NCBI RefSeq assembly: GCF_963921235.1
Contig: NC_086107.1
Location: 116,624,001-116,688,000 of the forward strand
Direction of reading: 5' to 3'
DNA length: 64,000 nucleotides
From: Mobula hypostoma
Taxonomy: Eukaryota
Shown here piece by piece: positions 11,214-23,325 of the stretch. Position 1 is the first letter of the stretch; every line of letters starts with the position of its first letter. The notes beneath the pieces were generated by a model. The model was not told the DNA's origin and did not search any database. It saw nothing but the letters and a program-made list of their open reading frames with translations. The translations under genes were made by a program, and so were the position numbers.

Positions 11214-12816
11214 TATAATAGAAACATAGAAAACATAGAAAATAGGTGCAGGAGTAGGCCATTCGGCCCTTCGAGCCTGCACCGCCATTTATTATGATCA
11301 TGGCTGATCATCCAACTCAGAACCCCACCCCAGCCTTCCCTCCATACCCCCTGACCCCTGTAGCCACAAGGGCCATATCTAATTCCCTCATAAATATAGC
11401 CAATGAACTGGCCTCAACTGTTTCCTGTGGCAGAGAATTCCACAGATTCACCACTCTCTGTGTGAAGAAGTTTTTCCTAATCTCGGTCCTAAGAGGCTTC
11501 CCCTTTATCCTCAAACTGTGACCCCTCATTCTGGACTTCCCCAACATCGGGAACAATCTTCCTGCATCTAGCCTGTCCAATCCCTTTAGGATTTTATACG
11601 TTTCAATCAGATCCCCTGAAAGTCCTGCCATCCCAGGAATCAATCTGGTGAACCTTCTTTGTACTCCCTCTATGGCAAGGATGTCTTTTCTCAGATTAGG
11701 GGACCAAAACTGCACACAATACTCCAGGTGTGGTCTCACCAAGGCCTTGTACAACTGCAGTAGTACCTCCCTGCTCCTGTACTCGAATCCTCTCGCTATA
11801 AATGCCAGCATACCATTTGCCTTTTTCACCGCCTGCTGTACCTGCATGCCCACTTTCAATGACTGGTGTATAATGACACCCAGGTCTCGTTGCACCTCCC
11901 CTTTTCCTAATCGGCCACCATTCAGATAATAATCTGTTTTCCTGTTTTTGCCACCAAAGCGGATAACTTCACATTTATCCACATTAAATTGCATCTGCCA
12001 TGAATTTTCCCACTCACCCAACCTATCCAAGTCACCCTGCATCCTCTTAGCATCCTCCTCACAGCTAACACTGCCGCCCAGCTTCGTGTCATCCGCAAAC
12101 TTGGAGATGCTGCATTTAATTCCCTCATCCAAGTCATTAATATATATTGTAAACAACTGGGGTCCCAGCACTGAGCCTTGCGGTACCCCACTAGTCACTG
12201 CCTGCCATTCTGAAAAGGTCCCGTTTATTCCCACTCTTTGCTTCCTGTCTGCTAACCAATTCTCTATCCACATCAATACCTTACCCCCAATACCGTGTGC
12301 TTTAAGTTTGCACACTGATCTGCTGTGTGGGACCTTGTCAAAAGCCTTTTGAAAATCCAAATATACCACATCCACTGGTTCTCCCCTATCCACTCTACTA
12401 GTTACATCCTCAAAAAATTCTATGATATTTGTCAGACATGATTTTCCTTTCACAAATCCATGCTGACTTTGTCCGATGATTTCACCGCTTTCCAAATGTG
12501 CTGTTATCACATCTTTGATAACTGACTCCAGCAGTTTCCCCACCACTGACGTTAGGCTAACCGGTCTATAATTCCCCGGTTTCTCTCTCCCTCCTTTTTT
12601 AAAAAGTGGGGTTACATTAGCCACCCTCCAATCCTCAGGAACTAGTCCAGAATCTAACGAGTTTTGAAAAATTATCACTAATGCATCCACTATTTCTTGG
12701 GCTACTTCCTTAAGCGCTCTGGGATGCAGACCATCTGGCCCTGGGGATTTATCTGCCTTTAATCCCTTCAATTTACCTAACACCACTTCCCTACTAACAT
12801 GTATTCCCTGGGATTT
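11214..12816 (-). mobile_element. CR1 LINE, 5'-truncated and young; RT frame open for 489 aa with a short in-frame deletion
   Basis: ORF 11317-12786 ([23 protein letters not shown]). TTCTATG-type tail. Flanking direct repeat CCCTGCATCA at 11204-11213 and 12817-12826. Confidence 0.95.
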
Positions 12817-12992
12817 CCCTGCATCACCCTAGCTTTTTGGCTGTTTGACTTTGAACCTTATCCCTGACTTTACTTGGGGTTCCCACTGAACCCTGACCTA
12901 CATGGCAACATTCAATATCATATAATCCCAGGTAAAGCAATACTGGGCATATTGCAGTCTCTCAGTCTGTGGCAGGTCAAGGGTCACAGGTT

Positions 12993-14930
12993 ATAGAGAA
13001 TGTAGAGCAGTACAGCAAAGTCCAGGGCTTTAAGCCCACAATAGGCTGACCTTTTAAACCACTCCACAATCAATCTACTCCTTTAGTTCCACATAGCTTC
13101 CATTTTTCTTTCATCCGTGTGCCTCACTAAGAGTCTCTTGAACATCCCTAATGTATCTGTTTCTATCACCACCCCTGGCAGTGCGTTCCTCACACCCACC
13201 ACTCTGTGTAAAAAAACTTACCTCTGACATCCCCTCCACACTTTCCTCCAATCACCTTAAAATTATGCCCTCTTGTATTAGTCATTTCCATCCTGGGAGA
13301 AAGTTGCAAGCTGCCCACTCTTATCTTGTACACCTCTGTCAAACCGTCTCTCATATTCCAAGTGTGGTCTAAGAAGGGTTTTATAGAGCTGCAGCATTAC
13401 CTTGTGGCTGTTGAACTCAATTCCCTAAATGGACATAGAACATTACCAGCACAGTACAGGGTCTTTGTCCTATGACATGCCAACCCTTTTCCCAAAGATC
13501 AGTCTAACCGTTCCCCCATACGTAGCCATTTGTTTAATCATCAATATACCCATCTGAGTTTCTTAAATGTGCCTAATATATCTACAACCACCCATGACAT
13601 GCTGTTCCATTCACCCACCATTCTCTGACATCCTCCCTTTACTTTCCTCCAATTATCTTAAAAAGCACCAAGTATTAGCCATTTCCGTAATGGGAAAAAG
13701 CCTCTGGCTGTCCATTCCATCTTGTACAGCTCTCATCCTCCTTCTCTCAAAAGAGAAACACCCTAACTCACTCAACCTATCCTTAAAAGACGTACTGTGT
13801 AATCCAGGCAGCACCCTGGTAAATCTCCTCTCCACCCTCTCTAAAGCTTACACATTCCTCTTATGAGGCAACCAGAACTGAGCGCAATATTCCAAGTGTG
13901 GTACAAGCAGCATTTTATAGAGCTGCAACATTACCTCGCGGCTCTTGAACTCAATCCCCTGACTAACGAAAACCAACTCACCATACATCTTCTTAACCAC
14001 CCTATCAACTTGCATGGCAACTTTGAGGGATCTATGGACATGGGCCCCAAGATCCCTCTGTTCCATTACTCTACTAGGAACCTTGCCATTAACCCTGTAT
14101 TCCGCCTTCAAATTTCACCTTCCAAAGTGAATCACTTACACTTTTCTGGGTTGAACTCCATCTGCCATTTCTCAGCCCAGCTCTGCATCCTGTCCACATC
14201 CTATTGTAATCTACGACAACTTTAACATGATCCACAATTCCACCAACCTTCATGTCATCTCCAAACTTTCTAACCCACCCTTCTTCTTCCTCATCCAAGC
14301 CAATTATAAAAATCATTAAGAGCAGAGACCCCAGAACAGATCTCTGTAGAATACCACTGGTCTTTAGCCTCCAGATAAAATCTAATACCTCCCCCCAACT
14401 TTTGCCTTCTGAAGGCAAGCTAATTCTGAATCCACACAGCCAGGTTTCCCTGGATCCCAAGCCTCCCGACATTCTGAATGAGACCCCCCGCCCCCCCCAT
14501 GAGGAACCTTATCAAACACTTTACTAAAATCCATGTACGTCCCATCCACTGCTCTAGTTCGTCAATGTGCTTTGTCACATCCTCAAGAGAATTCATTCAA
14601 GTTTCGTGACCATGACCTGCTGATAACAAAGCCATGCTGATGATCCCTAATCAGACTATGCTTCTCCAAATTCCCATCAATCATGTCTCCAAGAATCCTT
14701 TCCAGTAATTTGCTCACCACTGAGGTATTCTCGCTGGTTTATAATTTCCAGGGTTATCCCTACTGACTTTCTCGAACAAAGCAATAACGTTTGCCCTCCT
14801 CCGATCATCTGGTACTACACCCGCATTGAGTGATGATGCAAAGATATTGCTAAAGGCTCAGTAAGCTCTTCTTTCACTTCCCATAGTAACCAGAGTGTAT
14901 ACTGCCTTGCCATAGGGACTTATCTATCCC
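12993..14930 (-). mobile_element. Two tandem degenerate CR1 fragments
   Basis: ORF remnants 13848-14111 and 14089-14472. Two tails at ~13000 and ~13433. Confidence 0.85.
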
Positions 14931-15184
14931 AAATGCCATTAAGCTATTCGGGGGGGTGAGGGGGGGGTCACAGGTCAGGAGTAAAGGTCAGCACTTAATA
15001 CAGAACAAAAATGTGAGGCCACAGGTCAGGATTGCTGTTATAGGGGAGGAGTATGAAGGCTAGACTGGATGGATAGCTGTGGACAACTAACTCACTAACT
15101 CCTGCTGTAGGATTAAAACTTGCCCAATGGAGCGGATGGGATAGTGCTGGGTAAATGGTGAGAGAATGTGTCAATGAAGTGAGA

Positions 15185-16290
15185 GCGGGCAACGTGGATG
15201 GTATGAGATCGGGTAATGCTGATGATGTGAATTCGGACACTGTTGATGGTGTGTGATCAATCAGTGTCTGCGGTGTGGCATGAGAGAGCATTGATGGTGT
15301 GAAATCAGAGAATGTTAATGAAGTCAGATCAGACAGTGTTGATGGAGTGAGATCAGACAGAATTGATGGAGTGAGATAGATCAGTGTTGATAATGTGAGA
15401 TCGGACAGTGTTGATGGTGTGAGTTCAGACAGTGCTAGTGGTGTGAGATTGGACAGAGTTGATGGTGTGAAGTCAGATCATCTGGATGGTGTAAGATCAG
15501 ACAGTGTTGATGGTGTGAGATTGGACAGTGTTGTGGAGTGAGATTGGATAGTGTTGATGGTAAGAAATCGAACAGTGTTGATGGAGTGAGAGTTGACTGT
15601 ATTAATGGTGTGTGATCAGGCAGTGTTGATAGTGTGAGATCAGACCATGTTGATGGTGTGAGATTGAACAGTGTTGATGGTGTGAGACTGGAAAGTGTTG
15701 ATAGTGTGAAATTGGTCAGTGTTGAATGGAGTGAGATTGTATACTGTTGATGGGTGAGATAGAGATAGTGTTGATGGTGTGTGATCAGGCAGTGTTGATG
15801 ATATGAGATCGGACGGTGTTGATGGTGTGAGATTGGGCAGTGTTGATGATGTGAATTTGGGCAGTGTTGATGGTGTGTGATCGAGAGAGCATTAATGGTG
15901 TGAAATCAGAGAATGTTGACAGAGTGAGATCGGACACTGCCGATTGTGTGAGATTGGTCTTTATTGATGGTGTGAGATTGGTCTTTATTGATGGTGTGAG
16001 ATTGGGTAGTGTTAGTAGTGTGTGATCAGGTAGCATTGATGGTGTGAGATTGGACAGTGTTGATGCTGTGACATCGGGTAGTGTCGATGGTGTGAGATCT
16101 GACAGTGTCAATGTTGTGAAATCAGATCATGTTGATGGTTTGAGACAGGGTAGTGTTGATGGTGTGAAATCAGGTAAAGCTGATGGTTTGATATTGGGTA
16201 GTGTAGATAGTGTGACATTGGGGGTTGTTGATGTCGTGAGATCGGGTAATGCTGATGATGTGACATCGGGCAGTGCAGATTGTGTGATTT
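15185..16290 (+). repeat. Diverged 24-bp minisatellite (about 45 units)
   Basis: Consensus near ACAGTGTTGATGGTGTGAGATTGG; produces the 8-aa periodic ORFs 15785-16111 and 16044-16313. Confidence 0.92.
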
Positions 16291-17547
16291 TGCTAATTAT
16301 TGATGTTGTTTAATTGGGTCGTATTGGTTGGATGGAGCGATTTCAGGTGGTTTTGATATGTGTGAAAGAGATATGGGATGTACAGATGGTAGTTGTACAG
16401 TTGTACTTTTGCCTGTAATATCTACACCAAACCTTTGCCCCATACATCAATCCCACTTGTCCAGAGTAAGACCTCCTTGTTGCCTGCCTTGGTGCATATC
16501 TTGTCACTGTTAAAATCAGTGACTAGCTTTGATGCCAACAGCTCCGCTGGCATCACTTTCTGGTTATCACTAACTCTCTGTGTGGGGAAACCTTCCCCAT
16601 TTCATCCCTGAGACCGTACCCTCTTGTTGATACCTCTATGCAGAGACTATCCAAACTTATAAACCTCTATTTAGTCTCCTGTTAGCCTCCGCTGCTCCAG
16701 AGAAAACAACTCCAGTCTTCAAAGTTCAAAGTAAATTTATTATTAAAGTCCATTTACTGTATGCCACCATATACTACCCTGTGAATCATTTTCCACCTTC
16801 TCCGTATAACTCATCCCTCTAATGCAGAAAGCATCCTGATGAAGCTCTTCTGCACTCTTTCCAAAGCCTCCATATCATTCCTGTAGTCGGGTGACCAGAA
16901 CTTCATACAACAATCCGAATGCAGGGATGTTTCATATTTTTGAAATATAATCAAGGCCCAACCCCTAGACTCAATGAGCTGTCCAATGAAAGCAGAATTA
17001 GGCCATTCAGCCCATCAAGTCTGCTCCACCATCCCATCATGGCTGGTCCCATACACCTGCCTTCTCGCCATATCCTTTGAAGCCCTGACTGATCAGGAAA
17101 ATATCAACTTTCGCCTTAAATATATGCACGGATATGGCCTTCACCGCAGTCAGTAGCAGAACATTCCACAGATTCACTACTCTCTGGCTCAAAAAAATCC
17201 TCCTTACCTCTGTTCTAAATGGTTGTCCCTCAATCTTGAGGCTGTGCCCTGTAGTTCTGGATACCTCCACCATAGGAAACATCCTCTCTGCATCCACCCT
17301 ATTTAGTCCTTTTAACTTTAGGTTGGTTTTAATGAGATCCCCTGTGTTCTAATAAATTCTGGTGAGTACAGGCCCAAAGCTGCCTAACACTCTTCGTGTG
17401 TTAACCCTTTCATTCCCGGAATCTCATGAACCTACTCTGGATTTTCTCTAATGACAACACATCCTTTGTGTGATATGGGGCCCAAAAATGTCGACAACAC
17501 TCCAAGTGCGGCCTGACTAGTATCTTACAAAAGCTCAGCGTTATCTC

Positions 17548-17885
17548 AAACAAGAGAAAATCTGCAGATGCTGGAAATCCAAGCAACACACACAAAATGC
17601 AGAACAAACTCAGCAGGCTAGGCAGCATCTATGGAAAAGAGTACAGTTGACATTTTGGGCTGAGACCCTTCAGCAGGACCTGTGGCAGAACATTCCACAG
17701 ATTCACTACTCTCTGGTTTAAAAAAAAAATCTCCTTACTTCTGTTCTAAAAGGTTGTCTCTCAATTTTGAGGCTGTGCCCTGTAGTTCTGTATCTGCTGA
17801 AGGGTCTCAGCCCAAAATGTCGACTGTATTCTTTTCCATAGATGCTGCCTGGTTTGCTGAGTTCCTCCAGCAATTTGTGTGTGTT
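17548..17885. mobile_element. Miniature palindromic PLE-derived insertion: two inverted PLE 3' ends around a ~110-bp CR1 segment
   Basis: Arms ~17548-17679 (-) and ~17794-17885 (+) with decayed hammerhead cores. TSD GCTCAGCRTTATCTC at 17533-17547 and 17886-17900. Confidence 0.85.
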
Positions 17886-18411
17886 GCTCAGCATTATCTC
17901 CTTGCTTTTATATTCTATTCTCCTTGAAATAAATGCCAACATTGCATTTGCCTTCTTTACCACAGACTCAACCTGTAAATTAACCTTCTGGGAGTTTTAC
18001 ACAAGGACTCCTAAGTCCCTCTGAACCTCCGATGTTTGACCTTCTCCCTATTTAAATAATAATCCACACTATGGTTACTTTTACCAGAATGTATTATCAT
18101 ACATTTCCCAACACTATATTCTATCTGCCACTTTTTTGCCCATTCTTCCAATTTGTCTAAGTCCTGCTGCAATCGCATTGCTTTCTCTGCATTATCTACT
18201 GCTCAAGCTATCTTTGTATCATCATCAAGCTTTGCCACAAAGCCATCAATTTCACTATCTAAATAATTGACAAACAATGTGAAAAGTAGCAGTTCTATAC
18301 TGACCCCTGAGCAACAGCAGTAGTCAGGGACAGCCAACCAGAAAAGGCCTCTTTTATTCCCACTTGCTGCCTCCTGCCTGTCAGCCATTCCTCTATCCAT
18401 TCCAGTAAATT

Positions 18412-18716
18412 TAGGCATCCATTAGCCTCATGAGACCATGGATTTGCACCTTGGAAGGTTTCCAGGGCGCAGGCCTGGGCAAGGTTGTATGGAAGACCAG
18501 CAGTTGCCCATGCTGCAAGTCTCCCCTCTCCACGCCACCAATGTCGTCCAAGGGAAGGGCAATAGGACCCATACAGCTTGGCACTGGTGTCGTCGCAGAG
18601 CAATGTGTGGTTAAGTGCCTTGCTCAAGGACACAACACACTGCCTCATCCAAGGCTCGAACTCACGACCTTCAAATCACTAGACGAACGCCTTAACCACT
18701 TGGCCACACGCCAACA
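18412..18716 (-). mobile_element. tRNA-derived CORE-type SINE with RTE-like 3' tail
   Basis: Box A TGGCCAAGTGG (18706-18696), box B GTTCGAGCC (18661-18653), CORE-like TGTCCTTGAGCAAGGCACTTAACC. Tail shared with 57540-57705. Confidence 0.8.
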
Positions 18717-19877
18717 ATTAAAGAAGTATTTTTCCTGTAACACCATAGGATTTTATCTTATTAAGCTGCCTCATGTGTGGCACCTTATCAAACACCTTCT
18801 GGAAATCCAAGTAAATAACTTCCATCTGTTCCCCTTTATCCACTGCGCTGGTTATATCCTCAGAGAACTCCAGTAAGTTTGTCAAACAGGACCTGCCTTT
18901 GCTGAATCCATGCTTCGTCTGCCTGTTGGATCCATTTCTTTCCAGACGCCTCGCTATTTCTTCTTTAATGATAGCTTCAGGCATTTTCCCAACTACAGGG
19001 AAACTAACGGGCCCATAGTTACCTGCCTTTTGCCTACATGCTTTTTTGAACAGTGGCGTGACATTCGCCATCTTCCAATCCACCTGAACCTGCCCAGAGT
19101 CCAGAGAATTTTGGTATATTATTACCAAAGCCTTTACTATAACTTCTGCCATTTTTTTCAGTACTGTGGTATGCATCCCATCAAGACCAGGCGACTTATC
19201 TGTCTTCAGGCCCACAAGTTTGCTCAGCACTACCTCTTTAGAGATAGCTATTGTGTTGAGTCCTCACCTCCCATCGCATCCAAAGTACCCATTAAGTTCA
19301 TCTGTCATTTCTTTGTCCCTCATTATTACCTCACCAGCATCATTTCCATTGATCCAATATCAACTTTCACTTCCCTTTTACACTTCATACAACTGAAAAA
19401 ACTTTTAGTGTCCTGCTTTATATTATTGGCGGGTTTGCCCTCATATTTCATCTTTTCCCTTCTTAGAGCTTTTTTAGTTGCCTTCTGTTGGATTTTAAAA
19501 GCTTCCCAATCATCCAACTTCCCACTCACTTTTGCTACCTTATATGCCCTTTGCTTGGCTCTTATTTGGTCCTTAATTTCCCTTGTCCATCATGGTTGCC
19601 TACCCCTGCCATTTGAGAACTTTTTTCTCTGTGGGACATATCTATCCTGCACCTTGTGAACGATTCCCAGAAACTTCGCCATCTCTGCTCTGCCGTCATC
19701 CCTGCCTGTATCCTCCTCCAATCCACCTTGGCAGCTCTTCTCTCATGCCTATGTAATTCCCGTTATTCCATTGCGATACAGATACATGTGAGCTTCTCCC
19801 TTGCAAATTGCAGTATGACTTCAATCACATTATGATCACTGCCTCCTAAGGGTTCCTTTAAGCTCCCTAATAAGATC

Positions 19878-19960
19878 GGCCTGAAATGTTGTCTGTACCT
19901 TTTTCGATGCTTTTTAGATGCTGCCTGGCCTGCTGAGTTCCTCCAACATTTTGTATATGT
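19878..19960 (+). mobile_element. Short PLE 3'-end fragment
   Basis: GATGCTGCCTGGCCTGCTGAGTTCCTCC. TSD TAATAAGATC at 19868-19877 and 19961-19970. Confidence 0.8.
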
Positions 19961-20494
19961 TAATAAGATCTGGATTATAACACAACACCCTATCTAAGAT
20001 AGCCTTTCCCCGAGTAGGCTCAAGCACAAGATGCTCTAAAAAGCCATCTCATAGGGATTCAACAAATTCCCTCTGTTGCGATCTGATACCAACCTGACTT
20101 TCACAATCCCCTTGCACATTGAAGCCCTCCCATTATAATTGTGTCATTACCCTTATTACATGTCTTTTCCAGCTCCCTTTGCAATCTCAACCCCACATTT
20201 GGCTACTGTTTGGAGGTCTATACATATGATTCCCATAATAGTTTTTTTTTTACTCTTGCAGTTTGTTAATTCCACCCACAAATATTCAACATTCTTTGAC
20301 CCTATGTCACCTCTCTCTAAAGATGTAATTCCATCTCTTACCAACAGAACCACACCACCGCCTGTGCCTTCCAGTCTGCCGTATGGCAACTATGCCATAG
20401 GGCTTCTTTACCTCCCAATCAACCTGTGTTCCCACTTTCAGGGAGTTGTGGACTTGGATCCCAGTGTCTTTCTGTTCATTGCTATTCTTTAGTC

Positions 20495-20575
20495 CAGGGG
20501 TTCCCAAACATTTTTTATGCCATGGAACAATATCCTTAAACAAGGAGTCTGTGGACCCCAGATTGGGAACCCCTG
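20495..20575. mobile_element. 81-bp hAT (Charlie-like) MITE
   Basis: Terminal inverted repeats (TIRs) CAGGGGTTCCCAA / TTGGGAACCCCTG; 8-bp TSD CTTTAGTC / CTTTAGAC. Confidence 0.88.
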
Positions 20576-21244
20576 CTTTAGACCACAAGACAGAGGAGTA
20601 GAATGAGGCCGTTCGGCCCACTGAGTCTGCCGCCATTCAACCAAGAATCATCTATTATCCCTCTCAACACCATTCTCCTGCCTTCTCCCAATAACCTTTG
20701 ACACCCTTACTAATCAAGGACCTACCTACCTCTGTTTTAAATATGCTCAATCACTTGCCCTCTACAGCAGTCTGTGGTAATGAATTCTACAGATTCATCA
20801 TTATCTGGCTAAAGAGATTCTACCTCATCTCTGTTCTAAAGGGATATTTTACGATTCTGAGGCTATGTCATCTGGTCCTGGACTCTCCCACTGATAAAAA
20901 CATTCTCTATACCTTCACTCTATCTAGGCCTTTCAATATTCTAGAGACTTCAATAAGATCCACCCCCATCCTCATTCTCCTAAACTCCAGCAAGTACAGG
21001 CCCAGAGCCATCAAACATTTCTGCCCTTATTACCATTCTATATTTCTCTGTATGTGTCCCAGCCCATTTTAAACATGGGATCAATTATTATCAATGACTT
21101 CTATGGTGTGAAATCTGTTATTCTATGGCAGTAGTACAGTGCAAAGATAGAAACATATCCAAGGAGAAAAGGCCGGTATAAAGTTACTATAAATTGCAAA
21201 AATTAGTGAATAATGCAGACAAAAGGGAATAGTGAGGTAGTGTG

Positions 21245-21735
21245 GAAACTGGATGTGGAAACTATAGAAAGGGTGCAGAGGAGATTTACAAGGATGTTGC
21301 CTGGATTGGGGAGCATGCCTTATGAGAATAGGTTGGGTGAACTCGGCCTTTTCTCCTTGGAGCGACGGAGGATGAGAGGTGACCTGATAGAGGTGTATAA
21401 GATAATGAGAGATTGTGTAGATAGTCAGAGGCTTTTTCCCAGAGCTGAAATGGCTAACGAGAGGGCAAAGTTTTAAGGTGCTTGGAAGTAGGTACCAAGG
21501 AGATGTCAGGGGTAAGTTTTTTACGCAGAGAGTGGTGAGTGTGTGGAATGGGCTGCCGGCGACGGTGGTGGAGGCGGATATGATAGGCTCTTTTAAGAGA
21601 CTCCTGGACAGGTACATGGAGCTAAGAAAAATAGAGGGCTATGAGTAACCCTAAGTAATTTCTAAGTAAGTAAATGTTCAGCACAGCATTGTGGGCCAAA
21701 GGGCCTGTATTGAGCTGTAGGTTTTCTATGTTTCT
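21245..21735 (+). mobile_element. CR1 3' fragment
   Basis: ERVQRRFTRMLPGL...RGDLIEVYK and TTCTATG tail. Confidence 0.9.
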
Positions 21736-23325
21736 GTGATCATGGTTCCTGGACCATTCAGAATTCTGATTGTACAGGGGAAGAAGCTGTTCTTGCATCA
21801 TCAAGTGTGGGGCCTCAGGCCCCTGTCCCTTCTCCCTGATGATAGCAATTAGATGAGGGCATGTCCAGGGTGATGAGGGTCCTTACTGATGGATGCCACT
21901 TTGCCTCTTGAAGATGTCCTCAATGGTTAAGGAGTCAGAGAGTCACATTGCCGGAAACAGGCCCTTTGGCCCAGCCACTCCATGCTGGCGATGATTCCCA
22001 TCTGAGCTCATCCCATTTGCCCACGTTTAGCCCGTCTCTCTCTTTCTCATCCACTCATCTGTGCAAGTGTCTTTTAAATTTTGTTAATGTATCTGCCTCT
22101 GGCAGCTCATTCCATGTACAGACCACCCTCTGGGTGAAAATGTTGCCCGTCAGGTCCCTATTAAATCTCTTTCTCCTCTTAAACCTCTGCCCTCTGGTTC
22201 TTGATTCCCCAACCCTGGGGAAAAAGACTGCACCTTCACCCTATCTGTGCCCCTCGTGGTTTTATACACCTCGGTCTCCTACGCTCCAAGAAATAAAGTT
22301 GCAACCTACCCAACCATCTCCATAACTCAGTCTCTCAAGTCCTGAAAATATTTCTGTAATTACACCCAGAACTGCAGTATTTCCAGATGATGTTACAAGA
22401 CTTGGTTGGCTCAGGGGCAGGAATGGTTACTTCGAGTGCCAGGCTTCAGATGTTTCAGAAAGGACAGGGACGGAGGCAGAAGAGTTGGGGGCGTGGCACT
22501 TGGTCAGAGATAGTGTCATGGCTGCAGAAAAGGAGGAAGACATGGAGGGATTACATAGAACATAAAATAGTACAGCACATTACAGGCCCTTCGGCCCATA
22601 AAGTTGTGCCGACCCTCAAACCCTGCCTCCCATATAACCCCCCCACCTTAAATTCCTCCATATACCTGTCTAGTGTATTGGCTTGCCTGCAGAAGGCAGA
22701 GGGTCGTGGTGGAGGGAGTACATTCAGATTGGAGGATTGTGACTAGTGGTGTCCCTGCCTCCACCACTGACTCAGGCAGTGCATTCCACGCACCAGCCAC
22801 TCTGAGTAAAAAAACCTTCCTCTAATATCCCCCTTGAACTTCCCACCCCTTACCTTAAAGCCCTGTCCTGTTGTATTGAGCAGTGGTTCCCTGGGAAGAG
22901 GTGCTGGCTGTCCACTCTATATATTCCTCTTATTATCTTGTATACCTCTATCATGTCTCCTCTCATCCTCATTCTCTCCAAAGAGTAAAACCCTAGCTCC
23001 CTTAATCTCTGATCATAATGCATACTCTCTAAACCAGGCAGCATCCTGGTAAATCTCCTCTGTACCCTTTCCAATGCTTCCACATCTTTCCTATAGTGAG
23101 GTGACCAGAACTGGACACAGTACTCCAAGAGTGGCCTAACCAGAGTTTTATAGAGCTGCATCATTACATCGCGACTCTTAAACTCTATCCCTCGACTTAT
23201 GAAAGCTAACACCCCATAAGCTTTCTTAACTACCCTATCTACCTGTGAGGCAACTTTCAGGGATCTGTGGACATGTACCCCCAGATCCCTCAGCTCCTCC
23301 ACACTACCAAGTATCCTGCCATTTA

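Larger units (their letters stand above)
16400..21015 (-). mobile_element. Cluster of CR1 fragments (longest ~16990-20375) with nested younger insertions
   Basis: ORF2 remnants 17037-17297, 18718-19230, 19326-19529 and 20156-20389. Confidence 0.85.

Noticed and set aside
18640..18716. tRNA gene
   Set aside because: A and B boxes run into a CORE-like domain and LINE-like tail; it is a SINE head.
18910..19659. 249-aa + strand ORF and similar antisense ORFs over LINEs
   Set aside because: Shadow frames antisense to CR1 ORF2 with no independent domain evidence.
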